Assembly: GCA_964016885.1 (NCBI GenBank)
Contig: CAXHJY010000947.1
Location: 1 to 28,149 of the forward strand
Length of the DNA: 28,149 nucleotides
DNA from: Eledone cirrhosa
Taxonomy: Eukaryota
Direction: 5' to 3'
Position numbers and translations under genes: made by a program. The notes under the pieces were generated by a model that was not told the DNA's origin, ran no database searches, and saw only the letters and a list, made by a program, of their open reading frames with translations. The first letter of the stretch is position 1. The number at the start of each line of letters is the position of its first letter. Of this stretch, positions 14,765-28,149 are shown piece by piece.

Positions 14765-14860
14765 TTTATTTTTATTTTATTTTATTTCCTTTTTTATTTT
14801 ATTTTTTTTAAATTTTTTTTTCTCGTGCAATGGCCATACTAGTAAGACGAATGCAGCCAA
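12561..14860 (+). mobile_element. 5'-truncated RTE-clade LINE, RT plus three C-terminal C2H2-like fingers, inactivated
   Basis: KGNRNDCGNYRGISLL, PESQSGFR, FVDLTKSFD, GVKQGD, LYADD, RLRWSGHLARM. ORFs 12789-13715 and 13752-14573 share a frame and are split by one TGA (probably Trp); there are two more stops upstream. Probable 3' terminus TGGCCATACTAGTAAGACGAATGCAGCC at 14831-14858. Confidence 0.92.
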
Positions 14861-16714
14861 TTCAACTCTATACACAAATTAATATTAAAGTTAATTTACC
14901 TATGCTAAGTTAATTATTCATATTAATTATTTATATAAAATGCTGACTGCTTGCTATTGCTTCTTAAATAATTTCCACTCCTGCAAGTCTAACAAATATA
15001 TTTCTAATCGTATAAGGAAAAATAATGAATAACATTGTAAAATACTAATGACTCAACCAATAATTTTGCACAATGTGTGTGTGTACGCGCGCGCGCGTGC
15101 ATTTGGGTGTATAATATGGTCATATATGTATATGGTATAATATAGATATGTATATATATATATATATAATATGTGTGTGCGTGTGAACTTATGTGTGTAT
15201 TGTCAGCGGTAATAATAGTTATATATGTCTAACTCCAACAGATGCTTTTAAATAAGTGAGAACAGAATGCAACTTTAGGAGCAAATCGTATGTGACTTGA
15301 TGGAAACTTTAGCGACAACAAGCGACATAGATCTAATGAGGAAGTAAAACAATTTAACCATATAGGCATATCTGGTGTCGCTGCAGGATGTAAAGTAGGC
15401 ATTTGTGTTGTGGGCTTGATGTTGGTGTCAATGTCCTTTTCCGGAATCTGTTATTGGTGTCGGAATGACGTCGACCTATTATAGCGTACTGAGTATTTCT
15501 ACGCGGCAACACCTAGCATATGTATACGTATGCATGCCTTTCTGGAGAGATAGTTGTGTGTGTGAAGGTGTGTTTTTTTCAGAGATTTAAAAGACATCAT
15601 TGCCTTGCATCTTCATTAAAACAGTCTTATGCAGCTTTGGTTAGAGTCAAGGTCTAATTAATACAGGAAACTCCTAACGAAATCATGTTAGTTGTCAAAA
15701 TTGAGAGCGCATGTGTACTTAGAATTACCGGCATCTTTCAGCTAGCGATTGCAGGGGACACTGGCTATATCATTGTTGATCTGATCTCGTCGGTTAGAAA
15801 CGGTTTCAGCTTGCAAGACATTGTCGATGGCGACTTGCTAAATCTTGCAACGATTTTAAGGCACTTTCAAATTGCGATCGTGAATGGGAGATGGTGGTGA
15901 ATTGGTAGTGGTTGAATAACTATAAAGTTAGCTATCATCCCTAGCAATCGGCAGCAGTAGCACCTATGTATGTGTGCATGGATATATATATATGTTCTTC
16001 TGGTTTTATAATCTCATAAATTTTACCTATAGAGAGAGAGTGTCAGTTTCTAACATAGATACAAGACTCTCTCATTGGAATTTAAACAACACCAACTAGG
16101 TAGATATGTATGTATGTCTGCCTGCATACATGTGTGTGCAGGTATGGATGTTATTGCATATGTGGAGGTGTATGTTTTTAGTTATATGTGTGCATCTGCA
16201 TATGCTTTGTATTTGTACAAGTGTACATGGAGTTATTAGATTCAGAATGTTTGGAATGTTTTACATATTTCTGCTGTTCAATCAACGGATTGTACTTGTA
16301 ATTTGTAATTGTATGTATGTGTGTCTATATGAATGTAAATACGCATGTCTGTGCGTATGCATATATACATATATTTTATACATATACGTATATGTGCATG
16401 TATGCGTGTAAGTATATACGTAATGCACACGTGTATGTGTGAATGTACATATATATCGGGGCATATACCTACGTGCATATATGTATGTATGAATTTATGT
16501 ACATATGTAAGTCTATGCGTGCCTATATTTATTCATATATTCACCTATGAATTTACGTAGGCATGTTGTTTGCGTATGTCTGTGTGTATGTATGTATGTA
16601 TATATATATGTATTATGTATGTATGTATATTTCTCTGTGTATTTATCTGTGTCCTAATCTATTTCAACTTCCATCTCAACTCCACTGTACTGAATAACTT
16701 CATGCTCCTCCATA

Positions 16715-17180
16715 AACAATGTCTTCGGTTAATCCTATGGCCACGATTAAAATATACAACATTTTTTTCTCTTTTGAACTTTTTGACTTCCTACTTGACT
16801 AATATTTGACCGATGGTGAAACAGGTTTTTCTTTCAACTTTCAAACTTAAGTTACGAATTCAATCAAATGACTGGCCTCGGGCTTTCTTAATTGACCTAT
16901 AAAACAATATATTTACAGAATACACAACCTTGTGTTTTGGTTCCTTTTAAAGAACATCCCCTCCACATAGTTTTAGTTCCCTTTATCTCCTTGACTTATT
17001 GCTCGCACCTTCATATAACATGCGTCACTTCTATCAAAGTGAATATTTTCGTCAACCGCCAGACTTCTAAATTCAAACTTATCATTGACAAGTCACTTCA
17101 GGCTCATTCGTATTGTTTCATCTAGTCACCATACTAACTTCGGCAATTATTTAGTTCATTCGAAACTTCTAAATCATCTG
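16715..17180 (-). mobile_element. Highly decayed Helitron-type Pif1 helicase C-terminal fragment
   Basis: Minus strand SVNILFYRSIKKARGQSFD ... FTIGQ ... SQVGSQ ... TEDIVY is collinear with the Helitron motifs FAMSINKAQGQS / FSHGQLYV / SRVGS / TKNIVY. Many stops and frameshifts. Confidence 0.6.
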
Positions 17181-17429
17181 ACCAAGACTGTGTCCCAACT
17201 CTTGTTCTGAAACAGACACCTCGGAACTTTTCATTCATTCCCAGGCATTTTACCCACAAGGAGAGGAGCTGGATAATACTCCAATCTTTTGAAAAACTTT
17301 GTTTGTTTGGCTCGGAAGAGTTTTTATTGGAGAGCTACATTTTCTGGTCATGTGCTACTGTGCAATACCCCTGATGGGATGAGTTGCAACTCAATTAATG
17401 TGAAAGCATACCACAGACGCGCAAACACT

Positions 17430-17580
17430 TTATATAATTCTCAGAGAGTCAGTAAATGACAAGACTAGTTCTTTGAATTAAATGTACAGTTCATACACGG
17501 GCTTCCAAACAGCTTCCGCTTACATTTTATATCACAAGGCATGGATTGACTCGAGGCTATGCTAAAGAGGCTATGCACAC
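17430..17580. mobile_element. Possible old SINE remnants
   Basis: AATTCTCAGAGAGTCAG...GACAAGACTAGTTCTTTGAA and CACAAGGCATGGATTGACTCGAGGCTAT loosely resemble cephalopod SINE bodies (memory only). Confidence 0.3.
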
Positions 17581-17682
17581 GATATCTTACAATCCGTAAG
17601 CTCGATGTCACGTTTTTTCCGATGACATTCATGGACATCCTCATATAAATGAGTGCAATTGTTCATCTAAATAAATAAATAA

Positions 17683-17683
<1 letters not shown>

Positions 17684-17764
<81 letters not shown>
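17684..17764. repeat. Perfect (TG)40 microsatellite
   Basis: Directly visible. Confidence 0.98.
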
Positions 17765-17767
<3 letters not shown>

Positions 17768-17849
17768 TGGTTTCTGCGGTAAATGATTCTTTTTTCGTGG
17801 TTGGTGTACCATGCCTACGCTCAACATCCTCCTTTCTCAACCTGGTTTA

Positions 17850-18551
17850 GTCCACATTTACAGGCCCTTTCGATTGCAAAACTTAAAGTCATACAGATAG
17901 CTGACAAATAGTGCATCGAATGTTGAACTTCATAAAAATTGGGAGAATTAAAAAGAGCAAACAGTGGGGTTGCTAACGCAAAATTGGCAAAACAAGAACT
18001 CTCGCAAGAATAATGGATCTCACCTGAAATCTGGAATTTAATTGTTCTCATTATACTTTGTTTAGTTTCCTTGTCAGGAAGCGAAATAAATTATAGCGAG
18101 ACCAAGCAAAAACACAAAATATATAATTGTTTCTACGTTAGGCACAAGGCCGGCAATTACTCAGTGCATTACTGGTACTTTATTTTATCGACCCCAAAAT
18201 ACAAAATATATAATGTTATCAACAAGGACGTTAAAAAATCTAAAAGCTGCACCAAAACGAAATGACAACTGAACACTGTTCAGAGTCATACAAGATCTGT
18301 CAAACGCTAACAGCAATAGTAAAATAGCATCAATTAATGACAGAAATAGTCAACTGCCCATGACAGAGGAAGAACAATCAAAACGATGGGTGAAACACTT
18401 CAGTGAATTTCTAAACCAACGAAACGTAACAGCAACTGTATAACTTGATGGCAGAATAGAAAATAACACCAATAATTCAGAGGTATTTTTAAGCAATACA
18501 TTAAGGGAAGAGATACACTAGGCAATCCAGGCCCTGAAGAATAACAAATCT
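17850..18551 (+). mobile_element. Decayed RTE-like LINE fragment (EN-RT linker region)
   Basis: WISPEIWNLI; YNVINKDVKKS; INDRNSQLPMTEEEQSKRWVKHFSEFLN; REEIH*AIQALKNNKS. Confidence 0.75.
18128..18195 (-). mobile_element. Truncated SINE inserted in the RTE fragment with a 19-bp target-site duplication
   Basis: Matches 11478-11545. Flanked by AAAACACAAAATATATAAT (18109-18127) and AAAATACAAAATATATAAT (18196-18214). Confidence 0.85.
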
Positions 18552-18554
18552 TGT

Positions 18555-19250
18555 TGTTTAGACACTCTGATGCGAGTGCCCTCGTCGCCAAGCATGGTAC
18601 CGTTTTATGGGGAGGCCACCGAATTGAGCCATGCATGGTTGTGAAGTTGATCGGCGGCAGGTGAGACAGTATAGGTCCAAGCCAGACTCGATCCGCCTGA
18701 AGGAAGACCTGCATTTGATGTCGTCCCAGTTACGTTGAACATTTGTATACTGGGGGGGGGGGGCATAGAGGCCTACGTCTGTCCAGTTGGCTAGTACCTT
18801 TTCTAGCTCTTCTGGGGGCCACATCAGATCGGCCGTCTTCCTGAGGACCTCACTGACGAGAGTGTGACTGGATGAGATTGAGAAAAGGTAGACCGGTAGT
18901 GACAGATCCGAAGCGTATTGGAGATTGAAGCCACCAAACCTCGCTGGTAGCTTCACCTATTGCCAGCCGGCGCTGTCGGAACTGACATTGCAGATAATAT
19001 CTACACAGCGTAGGATAGTAGCGTCGAATTCACCGATGATCTACGTGGGGGTGACAAGGTGCACCTCGTTGCTCGCTTCAGGAAATTTGAAAAGCTCGCA
19101 AAGAGCCGTAAGACGCTGGCGGAGAATCTACAAGAGTTGCCGAACTTAAAGTACTTGCGAAAGGTTCTAATACCACAAGAACATCCACATTTGTACGAAA
19201 GGTACGGCAATTAGCGCCACTGTTAAGAAGGTCGACTATTTCTGCAAAGT
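18555..19250 (-). mobile_element. Decayed CRE-like (restriction-endonuclease class) non-LTR fragment, post-RT region
   Basis: IGEFDATILRCVDIICNVSSDSAGWQ*VKLPARFGGFNLQYASDLSLPVYLFS...QRNWD...HAWLNSVASP*NGTMLGDEGTRI follows the CRE pattern W.QA.LP.R.GGLG...AWLNALP...GT.L.D. The 19250 boundary is approximate. Confidence 0.7.
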
Positions 19251-19299
19251 GTATCTTCGATACAAATCATAATTGAGGCGACGACGCCAATTCATATCT

Positions 19300-20064
19300 G
19301 CAAATACAAAACATATCCATCAGATCGATGCAATGCACTTTTTCAGCAAGTGGAAACATCATGAGGCTGGAATGCTTTGATATTTCTCTGATGAATAAAA
19401 CTTTGATGAGTACCAATGACAGAAGGAATGACATGTTTATGCATACTCCCTAATAACATTCCAACTATGATGCACACAAAGTTTCCGGTAGCTACGTTGC
19501 TACTGGGAGCTGTGAGCAACGAGGGAGATGTCATGCCTCCTCACATCTTTCCTCTGGACTTGAGGGTCAATGCTACTGAATATAAGGAGGTGTTGGGGAG
19601 GGAGGTAAGGCTTTGTATACAGAGCATAAACAAAGGAAGATCATACCACTACCAGAATTACACTGTGCCATCTCATAAAACCTAAGAATTGATGAGTTAC
19701 AATCTCCACGATCAAATGTATTGCCACCTAGTTCTCCAAACCGGAACCCGTTAAACTACTATGTATGGGGCGAAGTGAAGAAGGAATTCAACAACACCTC
19801 CATAACACTGTAACATCTTTGAAGTTTGCCATAACTTATACAATGTCGAAAATAGATAAGGATCGTTTGATTCGGGTAAGTCATGGTTTCAGATCTCGTA
19901 TTGAAGCAGTCATCGATGGTAGTGGTGAATTCATTGAGTAGTTGCGTCCATATGAGGCTCAAGATTATTCCTGAAACGTTTTTCTCGAATAAAGCTCTTC
20001 TTTAATACCATGCGTCATTTATTAAATTCATGTAAATGTACTAAAGAAACTGAGCAACACGGTT

Positions 20065-20066
<2 letters not shown>
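19300..20066 (+). mobile_element. Decayed Tc1/mariner transposase, maT (DD37D)-like
   Basis: FSDE; HTKFPVATLLLGAVSNEGDVMPPHIFP; PPSSPNRNPLNYYVWG; FRSRIEAVIDGSGEFIE* (stop 19939-19941). Possible right terminus near 20050-20066; no left TIR identified. Confidence 0.85.
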
Positions 20067-20112
<46 letters not shown>

Positions 20113-21033
20113 CAAAAACGCACAAACACACACACACATATGTATATATATATATGTATATATAGCAAAGGTAAAACTAAATATACAAACCTCAAAGTAT
20201 GTAGAGAATTACATACGATATTATATTATCGTCTTTTCACAATTAGCTCAATGTGTTTATATATTGTATTGGTTTGAAGAGAAAGTAGATTTTTTAGAGA
20301 GAAAGAATTGGGAATGCAGACATAAGCACACAGCAAATATATATGGAAAACTTAGATTTTAAATCATTTTTTGTTCCTTACACATGTTTCAATTATTTGA
20401 ATGATGCTAGGCGAAAGTTCGCATAATCAATATCTACATACGTTATGATATAAGGGTTTATATTTGCACTTCACCATCATCGGAGGCCTAAAACTATTTT
20501 TAAAAATATCCAAAATATCATATTAAATAGAAGCAGAATGTATCCGAAAATCAATTCGTACCTTAGACAGGACCGGGGACCTTACAACACAATCATCTGG
20601 CATAGCTAATGCGTTAAATAGGAAAACTAACGATTTTTTTCTGTCGCTCTACGCTAGTTTTCTAGTGTTACAAAACAAAGCAAACAAGAAATAAAAAAAA
20701 AATATTATTTTACTAATGAATTCAAAATTATGAGTAAAGGGAAATAATTCTTGAAAATTATATATCTTTTTTTAGAATTATATTAAAAAAGTTAAAATAA
20801 ATAGAATTTATTCACTTGTAAATACGTGTATATAGACACACACCTTTACATACACACACATATGCATATATTTATATAGGCTCACTGACACATATCCGTA
20901 TGTACATATACATACACATATATATATTTATATACATATATAAACACACAAACACACACACTTATATACCTATATACTTACAGCTGCACACACACACATA
21001 CATATATATATATGTTTATATATATATATATGT

Positions 21034-21093
<60 letters not shown>

Positions 21094-21207
21094 GAAAGGT
21101 ATAGAAAACATTGTAGCAAAAAGCCAACAGTATTCCATATGTATATATAAATATATATATTTTTGTATATAGATATATATATCTATATATATTATATATA
21201 TATATAT

Positions 21208-21259
<52 letters not shown>

Positions 21260-21260
21260 A

Positions 21261-26471
<5,211 letters not shown>

Positions 26472-26770
26472 TGAAACAAAATGAAAACGAAATTTCATTT
26501 CTCACTCTTAGTATGGCACTTACTTAAATGTAAGTATGCATGTATACGTACATACACACATGTATACAGACGTACAGCAGCACGCACATATATATATATA
26601 TATATACACATATACATACACATGCATACAGGTACACATACATATATGCACGCATCAGTTTAGCGGCGCCAACGTCACCCTGTTCGTTTGTAAACAAACT
26701 GAACAGCCTGAATTTATGCCATACGGTGTTAAGGCAACCACGTCACCTTTTTGTTCAACACTGACACAGG

Positions 26771-26815
26771 AACGATGTACTAGTTTCAAGCTTGTTAGCT
26801 ATCATCAGCACCGTT
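26771..26815 (-). ncRNA. Minimal type I hammerhead ribozyme motif
   Basis: Minus strand AACGGTG-CTGATGA-TAGCT/AACA/AGCTT-GAAA-CTAG-TA-CATCGTT. Stem I is 7 bp, stem II is 4 bp after a U.U pair, stem III is the palindrome ACTAGT, and the predicted cut follows GUA (26778/26777). Confidence 0.85.
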
Positions 26816-26847
26816 TACCCATCTGCCAGATAGTTGAACGTTCGAAA

Positions 26848-28149
<1,302 letters not shown>

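Noticed and set aside
15685-15900. 71-aa ORF in unique sequence
   Set aside because: No recognisable motif or splice support; length is within chance.

Overview
AT-rich, apparently gene-free eukaryotic repeat region. Roughly half of it is interrupted (TA)n/(CA)n microsatellite, and the rest is mostly transposon debris. The satellite style and the SINE fragments suggest an octopus/cephalopod genome (inference, not checked). Recognisable elements: a near-intact 5'-truncated CR1-group LINE (21261-24185) plus a short second copy, a decayed RTE LINE ending in C2H2 fingers, a decayed Penelope-like RT with no visible GIY-YIG, and fragments of Tx1/L1, CRE-like, a second RTE, a maT-like DNA transposon and a Helitron-like helicase. 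The main observation outside the ORF track is three sequence-unrelated type I hammerhead ribozyme motifs with palindromic stem III (888-1036 -, 3479-3544 +, 26771-26815 -). Each sits in a short non-coding island between microsatellites, and one lies inside a 970-bp foldback whose other arm carries a core-mutated copy. There is also a 550-bp non-autonomous RTE-derived element that keeps an intact mini zinc-finger ORF. The long IY-repeat ORFs are artefacts. All family assignments are from motif recognition by eye; no searches were run.
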